From: Candidatus Giovannonibacteria bacterium
GTDB taxonomy: Bacteria; Patescibacteriota; Minisyncoccia; JACPKW01; UBA11713
Direction of reading: 5' to 3'
DNA length: 64,000 nucleotides
Assembly (NCBI GenBank): GCA_016186825.1
Contig: JACPKW010000001.1
Span: 13,508-77,507 of the forward strand
Shown: positions 36,136 to 44,995 of the stretch, in pieces
Position numbering within the stretch: the first letter of the stretch is position 1
How the letters are laid out: each line of letters starts with the position of its first letter
Position numbers and translations under genes: made by a program
Notes under the pieces: generated by a model
Told to the model about the DNA's origin: nothing
What the model saw: only the letters and a program-made list of their open reading frames with translations
The model's database searches: none

Positions 36136-36453
36136 TTAAAGCTTCAAGTCTTCCATCACGCTGTCCATATTTGAGGATACTCTTGGGCCACGAGTAGAAC
36201 CTTCCGGTTCCTCGATTTTCAAGTTCACGCGCGCATGATTTTTCATGCCAACGACGCGCAAAAGCGTGCGGACGGCTTTCGCTGTGTTGCCGTTACGGCC
36301 GATTATTTTCCCCATGTCAGCCGGATTGATCTTGAGAGTCAAAAGGACTCCCATCTCATCAACCGTTCGGGAAATATTCACGTCCGACGGGTTGTCCACG
36401 AGCGACTTTACGACAAATTCCAGAAATTCCTGGTCACCGTAGTTTTCCGCCAT
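36136..36453 (-). CDS. KH-domain RNA-binding protein (KhpA/YlqC-like)
   Basis: 105 aa. The KH motif GKIIGRNGNTAKAVRTLL (GxxG loop). Standard position downstream of rpsP. Confidence 0.75.
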   Translation of the reverse strand: MAENYGDQEFLEFVVKSLVDNPSDVNISRTVDEMGVLLTLKINPADMGKIIGRNGNTAKAVRTLLRVVGMKNHARVNLKIEEPEGSTRGPRVSSNMDSVMEDLKL

Positions 36454-36563
36454 ACCAATATAATTAAACCTGTAATACTAACGTTTCGAGCAGTATTCGA
36501 CCCGATCATAATTAAACTGCTTTATTAATTATAGCAGATTTATGGGAAAATGCAAGCCTAATC

Positions 36564-36899
36564 CTATGCTTCAATTGCATCAGCTTTAGCAGCGCTTTTT
36601 GTCACGGCTTCGGCCAGTTTAACAGCTGAATTTTGATTTATGGATACGTGAATTTTCGTACCAGAAATAATTTTATTTTTAATCAAAAGGTTGTTTACTG
36701 TTGCGGAAGTTTTTGCACCTTTTGAAATCCAATATTTAATTCTTTCTAAATTAAACTGCTGTTTTTTATTTTTTGAATCATACGCTCCGACAACTTCAAT
36801 AAATTTTCCGGAACGCGGAGCATTTCGGGAATCAGTAATAACGATCCGGAATGAAGGATCGTTTCGCCTGCCCACACGCTGTAAGCGAATCATTAACAT
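36564..36899 (-). CDS. rpsP: 30S ribosomal protein S16
   Basis: The start is moved to the internal Met (MLMIRLQRVGRRNDPSFRIVITDSRNAPRSGKFIEVVGAYD), matching the S16 N-terminus MVxIRLxRxG. The ORF-track start at 36953 adds 18 hydrophobic residues that do not fit. Confidence 0.8.
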   Translation of the reverse strand: MLMIRLQRVGRRNDPSFRIVITDSRNAPRSGKFIEVVGAYDSKNKKQQFNLERIKYWISKGAKTSATVNNLLIKNKIISGTKIHVSINQNSAVKLAEAVTKSAAKADAIEA

Positions 36900-37390
36900 G
36901 AAAAGTATACTACAAGATTCAATATTAAAAATCAACACCGGCGTAAATAGCATTGGGGTTAACTGTGCGGATCATTGTGTACATGATTTAGCGCGGAACT
37001 TCCATAAACCAGTCCAAAAGTCCGTTGAAAGGCCGTCGGAGTTCCATCTTCACTTTCTCGCGCCGCAACGTGCAGGAGTAATAATAGAGGTCCAGATCAA
37101 AAATTATTTCATTCTCATAGAGCCTAATCTCTAGTGATGACCCCGGAGTGATTAGCTGCGAGAGCGCCAGAGCGTCAGGGCTTTCTCTAAACTCTCGGCT
37201 TCGAGCATAAAACCCAAACTAAAACACGTTTGAATTCCAAGCACGAAATCCTCGATGGTATCCTCGAGTCCAAGAGTAATATTTTCGTCGGATCCTCTCG
37301 CCCGAATTTCTAGAAAGATGTCCATGGTCTCTGTCTGCCACCTCAATCATACGCGATCGCGGATTATTGAAGAAATATAAAGTTTACTAA

Positions 37391-37936
37391 TCAAATCTTA
37401 AAGTGTTTCTTCAAATTAGTATCAGGAATAATAGGAGCTTCAATGTAATAAACCGACTCCGCAATATCGAAGAAATTAATGACAAAATTTATCTCATCCC
37501 GGCAAGGATACGGATACACAAAAACACTCTTTTGAAATTCCAGAAAGCCAAGATGCTTCAATTTCCGCCGAAGCGCATCGCGCGTTTTCTTTATTGACTC
37601 GGGAATATCAAAAAGTACAAGCCGCCACTTTCTGTCCCACTTCTTTTTGGGGATAAGTTTCATACTTTTGAATTGGTGTGAGAGAGAAAGAAATCTTCCA
37701 GCGTTGGTAAATTGCACTTTTTCTACTCCATCGCCCCGCTTAATCACTTCTATGGCGCCCCGAAGTTTTAGTCGCCCGAGAATCTGGTACAACTGTTTTC
37801 TATCCATTGAATACCAGACACGGTCGCTTTCTTCAAAAAGCTTTCGTCGTTCTTTTTTACTCTTAACAAAGCCTAAAAGTGTCCCAGCTGCCAGCAATTC
37901 TAAAACCTGTGTCATTAATTTCGCTTCTTGTGCCAT
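37391..37936 (-). CDS. winged-helix plus Cas2-like/PaaX-C-like domain protein (paralog A)
   Basis: 181 aa. N-terminal wHTH-like (QLYQILGRLKLRGAIEV). C-terminal KWDRKWRLVLFDIPESIKKTRDALRRKLKHLGFLEFQKSVFVYPYP...FFDIAESVYYIEA parallels Cas2 (LVLxxYDI...RRLRK...G.RVQNSVFEC...DSIRxY) and the PaaX middle domain. Paralogous to 61356-61898. Confidence 0.55.
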   Translation of the reverse strand: MAQEAKLMTQVLELLAAGTLLGFVKSKKERRKLFEESDRVWYSMDRKQLYQILGRLKLRGAIEVIKRGDGVEKVQFTNAGRFLSLSHQFKSMKLIPKKKWDRKWRLVLFDIPESIKKTRDALRRKLKHLGFLEFQKSVFVYPYPCRDEINFVINFFDIAESVYYIEAPIIPDTNLKKHFKI

Positions 37937-38021
37937 TATTTAAATTATACATCAACTACCTCATAACTGCACGATAGCGTATATTTGAGGAAATAAAAGT
38001 GATAAATAGGCTCTATAAAGA

Positions 38022-40223
38022 TTACGAAACTAGAGCGCCTGCTTCTTCAAACTTCAAAGACAAAAGTTTTGAAATTCCGTCAGAGCCCATCGTTACGCCG
38101 TAAAGCACTCCCGCACACTTCATAGTAGCGCGGTTGTGCGTGATCACGATAAGTTGAGTTGTTTTTGATAAATCTTCGAGCATCATTGCATAACGCTGCG
38201 AGTTCGCCTCATCAAGCGCCGCGTCAGTTTCGTCCAAAACCAAAAATGGCGGGGGATGAACACTAGAGAGCGCAAACAAAAGCGCAATTGACGCAAGCGC
38301 CCGCTCGCCTCCCGAGAGCATATCTAGTGAGCGAATTTTTTTCCGCGGGAGATCAACGTTAATATCAATTCCCTCTTCCTCCTTCGCTAAAACTTCGGGG
38401 GACAAGCCACCTTCTTCGAATTCAGCGCTTTCCTCTGTTTTTTTCTTGCGCATATCTCGAGAAATTATCCTAAGTGACGCCTTACCGCCACCGAACATCG
38501 TCTGGAAAAATTTTTCAAACTCCTTATTAATTTTATGAATCCCATCTTTAAAACTAGCTTCTATTTTTTCCTCTAGTTCTTTCATAACTTCCCGAAGGCT
38601 TTTGGCTGCAGCGCCCAAATCCGAAAGTTCTTTGGATAAATATTCTTGCCGGTTTGATACTTCCTGGAATTCCTTCAAAACCGCGGGATCAATTCCGCCT
38701 GCTTCTTCGAGTTTAATTTTTACCCGCTCAACTTTTTTTCTAAGCGTCTCCGACTCGCCTTCCGAACTGAACTCGAAAACCGCTCTCGGCAATTGAACCG
38801 AAATATAAGGCTTAGCTTCTTCCAATTCGCGCTTGTAATCGTCCGTCAAAATCTTTATCCGTTCCATCTCAAAATCCAACGCGCGCAGCTCGTCCTTTAA
38901 TTTTACGGCCGCGCTTTCGAGCTGATAAATTTTTCTTTCATCCTGCCGCAACTCTTCGGCCATGAAACGTGATTTTTCAAGAAAATTTTCATACTCCTTC
39001 GAAACTTTTCCTTCATCTTTTCTCATTTCATCAAGCCGCTCTTTTACGCGAGCGAGCTCCTTTTTATGCTTTTCCAGATCATTGGCAACTTTTGGCGAAG
39101 CGCCGGAAAAGCTCGAAAGAAAATCTGCAATCAGTTTTTTAATATCAGCGACTTTATCAAAAATCTTTTCAAGCGAAATCTCTTTGTTAAATTCAGAAAG
39201 CTGCTTTGAAATTTCGGAAAAAATTTGTTCAATTTCTCTTCTTGAAACAAGCTCCTTTGCCTCCGTCTTTAAATTCCGCTCTTCAAATGAAATTATCCCT
39301 TCAAGCTTTCCTAAAGCTGCACTGGCCTCGATTCTTGCTTCGCGAAGCTGTGAAAGCTTTCTTTCAAACGCAGTCAGCTCTGCCGGACGCTCGTAAACTT
39401 TCTTGTCTGCATGCTCTACTTTTTTTCGGGCTTCGGATATTTCATTCTCTATTATTTTAAGTTCTTTTTCCGGATCAAATTTCTTCCCTCGAAGTTCTGC
39501 GGTCTTTTTTTCCAGCGTTAGGAATTTTTTTGAAAGATATTCTTCAAGCAATGTTTTTAATTCCTCGCGTAATTTGGATGCGATTTCATATTTCTTTGCC
39601 TGATCGCTCAAAAATTTCAGATGCGGCTGTATCTCGCGCTGAAGAGACTGCACTTGTTTGATATTTTCTTCAGTTGAGTTGAGTTTGCGCTCGGCTTCTG
39701 CGCGCTTTATCTGATAAATTTTTAGTCCAAGCGCATCTTCAATCATCTCCTTTCGCTCTTTAGGCGATGCATACAAAATACGGTCAGCTTCGCCCTGCCC
39801 GATTATATGGTGCTGGCTCGAACCAAGACCTACGTTAGCCAAAAGCTCAATAATATCCCGAAGACGCGCTTGCGAGCCATTTAACAAATATTCATTGGCG
39901 CCGTCCCGATAAACGCGCCTGCCGATCGCAACTTCTGAAAATTCAATGGGGAATTCTTTTTTTGAATTATCAAAAACCAAAGAAACCGATGCTCTAGAAA
40001 GCCTCGGGGCATTTGCAGAACCATTGAAAATTAAATCTTCGCCGCGCTTGCCGCGGAGCGTCTTTATTGATTGCTCGCCTAAAACCCACCGGACAGAATC
40101 CGCTACATTGGATTTGCCGGACCCGTTGGGGCCAACTACTGCAGAAATTGAGTTCGGAAACTCTAATGAAACAGATTTTGCAAAAGATTTAAAACCGCTT
40201 AATTCTAGTCTTTTCAGGCGCAT
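38022..40223 (-). CDS. SMC-family ATPase, short hinge-less form
   Basis: 733 aa. SMC N-terminal head (FKSFA...VVGPNGSGKSNVADSVRWVLGEQS...IIGQG), long coiled coil, C-terminal head LSGGERALASIALLFAL...LVLDETDAALDEAN...LIVITHNRATM...LYGVTM. No glycine-rich hinge segment was seen. Confidence 0.75.
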   Translation of the reverse strand: MRLKRLELSGFKSFAKSVSLEFPNSISAVVGPNGSGKSNVADSVRWVLGEQSIKTLRGKRGEDLIFNGSANAPRLSRASVSLVFDNSKKEFPIEFSEVAIGRRVYRDGANEYLLNGSQARLRDIIELLANVGLGSSQHHIIGQGEADRILYASPKERKEMIEDALGLKIYQIKRAEAERKLNSTEENIKQVQSLQREIQPHLKFLSDQAKKYEIASKLREELKTLLEEYLSKKFLTLEKKTAELRGKKFDPEKELKIIENEISEARKKVEHADKKVYERPAELTAFERKLSQLREARIEASAALGKLEGIISFEERNLKTEAKELVSRREIEQIFSEISKQLSEFNKEISLEKIFDKVADIKKLIADFLSSFSGASPKVANDLEKHKKELARVKERLDEMRKDEGKVSKEYENFLEKSRFMAEELRQDERKIYQLESAAVKLKDELRALDFEMERIKILTDDYKRELEEAKPYISVQLPRAVFEFSSEGESETLRKKVERVKIKLEEAGGIDPAVLKEFQEVSNRQEYLSKELSDLGAAAKSLREVMKELEEKIEASFKDGIHKINKEFEKFFQTMFGGGKASLRIISRDMRKKKTEESAEFEEGGLSPEVLAKEEEGIDINVDLPRKKIRSLDMLSGGERALASIALLFALSSVHPPPFLVLDETDAALDEANSQRYAMMLEDLSKTTQLIVITHNRATMKCAGVLYGVTMGSDGISKLLSLKFEEAGALVS

Positions 40224-40323
40224 AGATAAGCAATTTTAACATTCCGATGAATAGTTAAAAAGATGGGACGAACGAGCGCAAATTTCTCACTGGGAAATTT
40301 GATATCGTGTTTTTCGTATAATT

Positions 40324-42597
40324 TCAGAGTTGTCGAGATCTAATGGCAATCTTTCTGAAAAAGTAATAGAGGAGATAGGCAGGAATTGCTAAGATTGCGC
40401 AAAGAATCCAAATTATGTTTGAGCCGCCGCCGAGTTGATGCCGAATTTTTTTCTTTTCAGAAATTTCATAAGCGAGCAAAGCAGAGCCTAAAATTGCAGT
40501 GAAAATAATCAGAAAAGGCTTGAAATAATCGCCGATTCCAGTATAGGGCACTTGGCTTAAAAAGATATGCGATGCGGGAATCAATTGGCCTTGAAGCGTC
40601 ACATTGCTTGAAGGTAGGATCGGGCCGCCTACGCCACCACCGCCACCTCCTCCGCCACCGCCGCCACCGCCACCTCCTCCGCCGCCATTTCCTCCACCGC
40701 CATTTCCTCCACCGCCATTTCCTCCACCGCCACCGCCACCTTTTTTAGCGTTGGTAAATGTGCAAGTAACGGTTTCACCGAAACTCAAATTTATCTCACT
40801 TGTGGAATTTACGTTGCTGCAATTTGAGCTCTGGTTGTAGTCCGAATTTGAATTTTCTGTCACGGAGTAGACGCCCGGATTAAGCCCCGAAAAAGTTTTG
40901 GAATTTGAGAACGCGTCAGTAGTACTGCCGTTATCATCCAACTGGAAAGTTGTGGTAGCTAGACCAAGCGCTTTTGAGAAGAAATTAAATGTAAAAGCAG
41001 TCGCGTCATCAGGATCCGTATTTTTTATAATCACAAGATTCGCTTTTTTCTTTGTATTCGTGAAAGTGCATGTTACCGTTTCGCGCTCTGAAATTTTGAT
41101 CTCTGAAACCTGGCTTCCATCACTGCAAGATGAAATCGTTTCAAATAATGAATTGGGATCTTCACTGACGGCATAAGTTCCTGGAACCAGATTCACGAAA
41201 GTTTTTGAATTGGAAAATTGATTTGAATTGTTTCCATCATCATCGAGCTGGAAAACACCCGGATTTAAATTATCGGAACGGAAAGTAAATACGGTGCTGT
41301 GATCGGGAACGGTGTCTTTAACAATTACCAGGGAACCGAAAGCAGGCGGGGCTGGAGGTTGAGGCGGTTCTTCTTCATCTGCGGGGTTTTCACCTTCCTC
41401 GCCTTCATCTTCTGCGTCATCTTCACCGACTCCATCATCATCTTCTTCTGCAACCCCGTCGTCATCCTCCTCCGCAACTCCATCATCGTCTTCGCCTGCC
41501 GCGCCATCATCATCTTCCCCCGCGGTGCCGTCATCATCTTCACCTGCTGACCCATCGTCATCGCCCCCTCCGTCATTGTCATTATCACCATCGTCATCAC
41601 CATCGTCATCACTATCGTCATCGCTATCTCCGTCATCATCGCTATCACTGTCTCCATCATCATCACCACCATCTCCATCGCCGTCTCCGTCACCACCATC
41701 TGTGCCATAGTAGCGAAGCTTAAATTCAATTTGATCACTGTTATTGGCACCAATTGTTTTCAAAGGAATCTGGAAAGTATATGTTTTGTGTTCCCATTTT
41801 ACCTTGCTTGTATATTCATAATCGCTTTTGCCCCATTCCGCATGATTGTTGTCGATTTTGAAAAATCGGACACCGCTGTCAGTTTTTATTGCAAGCTCCG
41901 CCCAGTCGCCCTCCGGATCAAGCGTGTTGTCTGAAGTCCAGTCCAGAAACAATCTTAACTTCTCGCCGCTTGTTCTAAAGTATGCATATCTCGTCGCGGC
42001 AGGATGGCTCGATGCAGGTATTGCATCGAATTTATAAACCTTGTTTTGGCCAACCTCGTAATTTAAGTATCCTTTTTCAGGCCATTCATAAGGGACGCCC
42101 TTGTAATCTTCCTCGACTCCCGTAATAAAAAGCGTTCTTCCTTTTTCAATCCACGAAAGCTCAATAGTCTTTGACAACGCATCAACAACATCATAATCGG
42201 CATGCGAAAGTTTCTTCGTTGAAATCAATTTTCCGTCAGATGCGTACTTCGCCTCGGAAGGAATTTTTCCGCCTAGCGAAACTTCATCCAGATGCGCGCT
42301 TTGAGAATTTCCATCATGCCTAATGCGGACCCGATTAGTTTCTCCCGGAAGCAGGATAGTTTTTGATGTATAGCGATCGGGGTAAGGTTGCCCCGGAAAA
42401 TTTTCATCTGCAACAAAAATCCATTCGCCGTTATTGTAAGCTTCAATAATAAATGTTCCCGCTTCTGCGCGCGCATCAAAAACTCCCGATGTGAAAACAG
42501 AATGCAGTATGCGGACCACAAAATATAAAATTACGAAAAACAAAACCGCGTTTATCTTCTTAATTGTTATAATTTTTTTATTTATTTCTTTTTCCAT
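40324..42597 (-). CDS. large cell-surface protein: beta-sandwich repeats, acidic Asp/Gly/Glu tract, poly-Gly tract, VPYTG sorting-like signal
   Basis: The start is moved to MEKEINKK (signal/TM at AVLFFVILYFVV). Two repeated modules end ...GETVTCTFTN. Low-complexity GDGDGD...DDDG...EEDDDG and (GGGGN)n tracts. The C-terminus has QVPYTG, a hydrophobic stretch and a basic patch. A sortase gene lies 1.4 kb upstream. Confidence 0.7.
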   Translation of the reverse strand: MEKEINKKIITIKKINAVLFFVILYFVVRILHSVFTSGVFDARAEAGTFIIEAYNNGEWIFVADENFPGQPYPDRYTSKTILLPGETNRVRIRHDGNSQSAHLDEVSLGGKIPSEAKYASDGKLISTKKLSHADYDVVDALSKTIELSWIEKGRTLFITGVEEDYKGVPYEWPEKGYLNYEVGQNKVYKFDAIPASSHPAATRYAYFRTSGEKLRLFLDWTSDNTLDPEGDWAELAIKTDSGVRFFKIDNNHAEWGKSDYEYTSKVKWEHKTYTFQIPLKTIGANNSDQIEFKLRYYGTDGGDGDGDGDGGDDDGDSDSDDDGDSDDDSDDDGDDDGDNDNDGGGDDDGSAGEDDDGTAGEDDDGAAGEDDDGVAEEDDDGVAEEDDDGVGEDDAEDEGEEGENPADEEEPPQPPAPPAFGSLVIVKDTVPDHSTVFTFRSDNLNPGVFQLDDDGNNSNQFSNSKTFVNLVPGTYAVSEDPNSLFETISSCSDGSQVSEIKISERETVTCTFTNTKKKANLVIIKNTDPDDATAFTFNFFSKALGLATTTFQLDDNGSTTDAFSNSKTFSGLNPGVYSVTENSNSDYNQSSNCSNVNSTSEINLSFGETVTCTFTNAKKGGGGGGGNGGGGNGGGGNGGGGGGGGGGGGGGGGGGVGGPILPSSNVTLQGQLIPASHIFLSQVPYTGIGDYFKPFLIIFTAILGSALLAYEISEKKKIRHQLGGGSNIIWILCAILAIPAYLLYYFFRKIAIRSRQL

Positions 42598-42723
42598 ATG
42601 ATTTTGGATCTGTTGATGCAGACCCTTCTTTGCCCCGAAATTTATTTCGGGATAAAGAAGGATCCGGAAGGAGAGCGCATGCACCCGCATGACTCTTCCT
42701 TCCGGAATTACGCGTCACTCGTT

Positions 42724-43938
42724 TCACTCGTTCGTAGAAAAGTGGAATCGTGAAAATTCTGTCACGACTCCACGTTCGCCCTTCGGCTCCCGAGTTTTGC
42801 CGAAAGGTCTGGACTTTAGTTTCCCTCCGCTCGGGTATCGGAGGATCCCTTTTGGCCCGTAAATTTCAAAAAACATATCATCACGAGCCCAAGACAGCGG
42901 GAACTTTAGTTCGCCCACGCCGTCGCAAACTTCGAGCGAAATAGTATTTGCTTCCGGTCCGAAACCTGAAAGCCTTTCGCGCCTGCCGTTCCGCTCAAAA
43001 ATGGAACCATGAGCGGCGTCAAAATTCGCATTTGTAAACCTCACCAGAAATTTCTGGCAAGGAAGCGAACTTAACTGCGCAATACCCTGCTTCTTTTCTT
43101 CCATGATTTTCTTGCCCAGGTTGTGGCTTTGAAAACCTGGTTTTTCATTAAGCAAGGCAGCAGTCCCGATCGGCTTCCACAAGCGTGGGAGAATACTAAA
43201 CATATCTTCCACACGTGTTGGTTCGACGGTAGACACGCCCGGAGGCGGCGGCGGGACATAGGCCTGCGAAACAGGCGGTTTCGCTGGGAAACACAGCCGC
43301 GACCAGTTGTTACAATCAAATGGATGTACCAGCCGGCAGGTTGTTCCTGCGATTGTTACATCCCACGATTCCTTGGATGCCTCAACGGCCAATTCAACAG
43401 GGACACCTAACTCCATACCGCTCCCCACCATCATCGCATCCAATTTATCGCCTCGAATCAGAGCTCCCGGGGCTCCCTCTTCGGTTTGAACTTTTTTTAG
43501 AAATTCTTTTTGGTAACCGAAGAACGGTGTGCCTTGGGCGAACAGGCATTTGATTGCCTCCTCGCGCGTCCCCTTGTAAGGGTCTCCTCGAAGAGACCTC
43601 CAAGGCTTGCCGCGAGCCACGATTTTACATGGATCCGCAACCCGCGCCTGCGCAGTTTTAACTTTTGGGGGCGGCTTCTTGGTTGCCTTGGCGGGCGGCT
43701 TCTTTACTTTCGCCGCCGCAACTTTTGCCGGCACATCACCTCCCGCACCCATCTCAACTTTTTTTTCAAATTCTTTTTTTGCCTTTTCGGCGGCTTTTAC
43801 CGCCGAGTCAGGCGCAGACTGGATCAACGGCACCTGCATGATTTCCTCCGCTCCCCAAGCGCTTTCCAGCAGCCCGAGAACTACTACCACGACTCCTGCC
43901 GCGAGGGAGGGCCAAAAAACCGAACCTGTCTCTTTCAT
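42724..43938 (-). CDS. secreted protein of unknown function (GC-rich gene)
   Basis: 404 aa. N-terminal signal-like hydrophobic segment, a Lys/Ala/Pro-rich tract (AAKVKKPPAKATKKPPPKVK), then a Cys-containing globular part. The composition is clearly GC-richer than the neighbours. Confidence 0.55.
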   Translation of the reverse strand: MKETGSVFWPSLAAGVVVVVLGLLESAWGAEEIMQVPLIQSAPDSAVKAAEKAKKEFEKKVEMGAGGDVPAKVAAAKVKKPPAKATKKPPPKVKTAQARVADPCKIVARGKPWRSLRGDPYKGTREEAIKCLFAQGTPFFGYQKEFLKKVQTEEGAPGALIRGDKLDAMMVGSGMELGVPVELAVEASKESWDVTIAGTTCRLVHPFDCNNWSRLCFPAKPPVSQAYVPPPPPGVSTVEPTRVEDMFSILPRLWKPIGTAALLNEKPGFQSHNLGKKIMEEKKQGIAQLSSLPCQKFLVRFTNANFDAAHGSIFERNGRRERLSGFGPEANTISLEVCDGVGELKFPLSWARDDMFFEIYGPKGILRYPSGGKLKSRPFGKTREPKGERGVVTEFSRFHFSTNE

Positions 43939-44038
43939 AACACCTCCAAATTTCTTAATTGAACGTTGTTTATTGACGCGTTTTTAGTTTAAAAAGAACT
44001 TCCTCCTTCCTTCCTCATCTCATTTCCAAACTGTTCAA

Positions 44039-44091
44039 TTTGTCAAACATTGTCAAACATCTGATGTCTGACAAATTTAGATGTTGGACAA
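44039..44091. promoter_or_regulatory. array of TTGTC(A/C)(A/G)ACATC half-sites (two direct, two inverted), candidate operator
   Basis: TTGTCAAACAT|TGTCAAACATC t GATGTCTGACAA ...GATGTTGGACAA. A 25-bp near-perfect palindrome with one mismatch, plus flanking half-site copies. It lies about 100 bp upstream of the 42724-43938 gene and just downstream of the sortase gene. Confidence 0.55.
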
Positions 44092-44093
44092 GC

Positions 44094-44870
44094 TTATGAA
44101 GAAGCACCCGCCGAGAGTAGAGTCGCTCCAAACGGATATCTCTTCACAAATTCCGCTTCAACAATGTAGCGTTCCTCATTTGCGCCGAAAATTTTGCAGG
44201 TTGAAAGGGTCAAAATTTTTCTGCCGTCAGTATGAAAATCAATTTCTGCGTCTTCAGCCCGCCTTATCTGCACATTTAAAACCTTGTAGGCATACTCGTA
44301 GCCGTTCGAACGCATGTAAATTGCATCGCCGTATTTCAATTCTTTTAAATTATTAAATACTATTGAATTTTTATTTCTCGGATTAAGCACGCCCGCAGAA
44401 TGCCCAAAGACAAACATGTTTCCAACTTCGCCCGGCATTACAGAGCCCGGGTAATGAACTGGGCCTTTGAGCAAACTCGCCGTTAAGTAATCCCAATCGT
44501 TTTTGATCGGAAAAACTATTTGGCTCTGCACGCCAGCCTTAGGAATTACAAGTTGAACTCCGCCCTCAAAACTTATTCGAGCATTTTCATCTTCTGGAAC
44601 TGTTTCAGATTCAGAAACTGCAGGCGATGCCTCCTCGTTATCACCTTGCGTAAATGACCCGAAAACCCACGCAACCGAATTTAAGAAAACTTCCGAAATT
44701 CCGTCTTTAAGATTGCCGCCAAAAATAGGCGTGAAAAAAATTAATGCAAAAATGCCGAGCAAAATTACAAGCCACAAACCCAAAAAACCCAAACTAAATA
44801 TCCCTTCGCTTTTTGCGCGTAAATCAGCTCGGCATCCATGTTTTTCTAAAATTTCACCTCTTTGATACAT
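44094..44870 (-). CDS. sortase-family transpeptidase
   Basis: 258 aa. N-terminal TM anchor, catalytic His in FVFGHSAG, Cys in ILTLSTCKIFG (TLxTC), downstream Arg. Confidence 0.75.
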   Translation of the reverse strand: MYQRGEILEKHGCRADLRAKSEGIFSLGFLGLWLVILLGIFALIFFTPIFGGNLKDGISEVFLNSVAWVFGSFTQGDNEEASPAVSESETVPEDENARISFEGGVQLVIPKAGVQSQIVFPIKNDWDYLTASLLKGPVHYPGSVMPGEVGNMFVFGHSAGVLNPRNKNSIVFNNLKELKYGDAIYMRSNGYEYAYKVLNVQIRRAEDAEIDFHTDGRKILTLSTCKIFGANEERYIVEAEFVKRYPFGATLLSAGASS

Positions 44871-44995
44871 AAATTCTAGGACCTAATTTATTCAATATTC
44901 ACTACATGATTTTAGGAATGTCGTCAAGGTTGACAGGTATTGACATTTATTTAGATAAATCCTAAAATACGCGAGTTAAAAATTCAATTACAACT

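Noticed and set aside
37152-37346. 64-aa acidic minus-strand ORF between rpsP and the Cas2-like paralog
   Set aside because: No SD, no motif, overlaps a plus-strand ORF of similar size. Left unannotated as undecidable from sequence alone.
38602-39603. Several 64-144-aa plus-strand ORFs inside the SMC gene
   Set aside because: Antisense to a long, motif-supported SMC coding sequence. Lys/Glu-rich coiled-coil codons give Ser/Phe-rich antisense frames.
40604-41753. Antisense ORFs: poly-Pro (40604-40840), Ser/Pro-rich (41525-41710), Met-rich (41325-41753), and a CRISPR-like look of the tandem repeats
   Set aside because: They are mirror translations of the Gly-, Asp- and Glu-encoding triplet repeats of the surface-protein gene on the other strand. 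The repeats are in-frame coding triplets with no repeat-spacer architecture, so this is not a CRISPR array.
42598-42690. N-terminal 31 residues of the ORF-track 788-aa protein (MRVHALSFRILLYPEINFG...)
   Set aside because: This stretch is GC-rich hairpin DNA (CCCGAAAT..ATTTCGGG, CCGGAAGGAGAG..CTCTTCCTTCCGG) that looks like the terminator region of the upstream gene. The signal-peptide-bearing Met at 42597 is the more plausible start.
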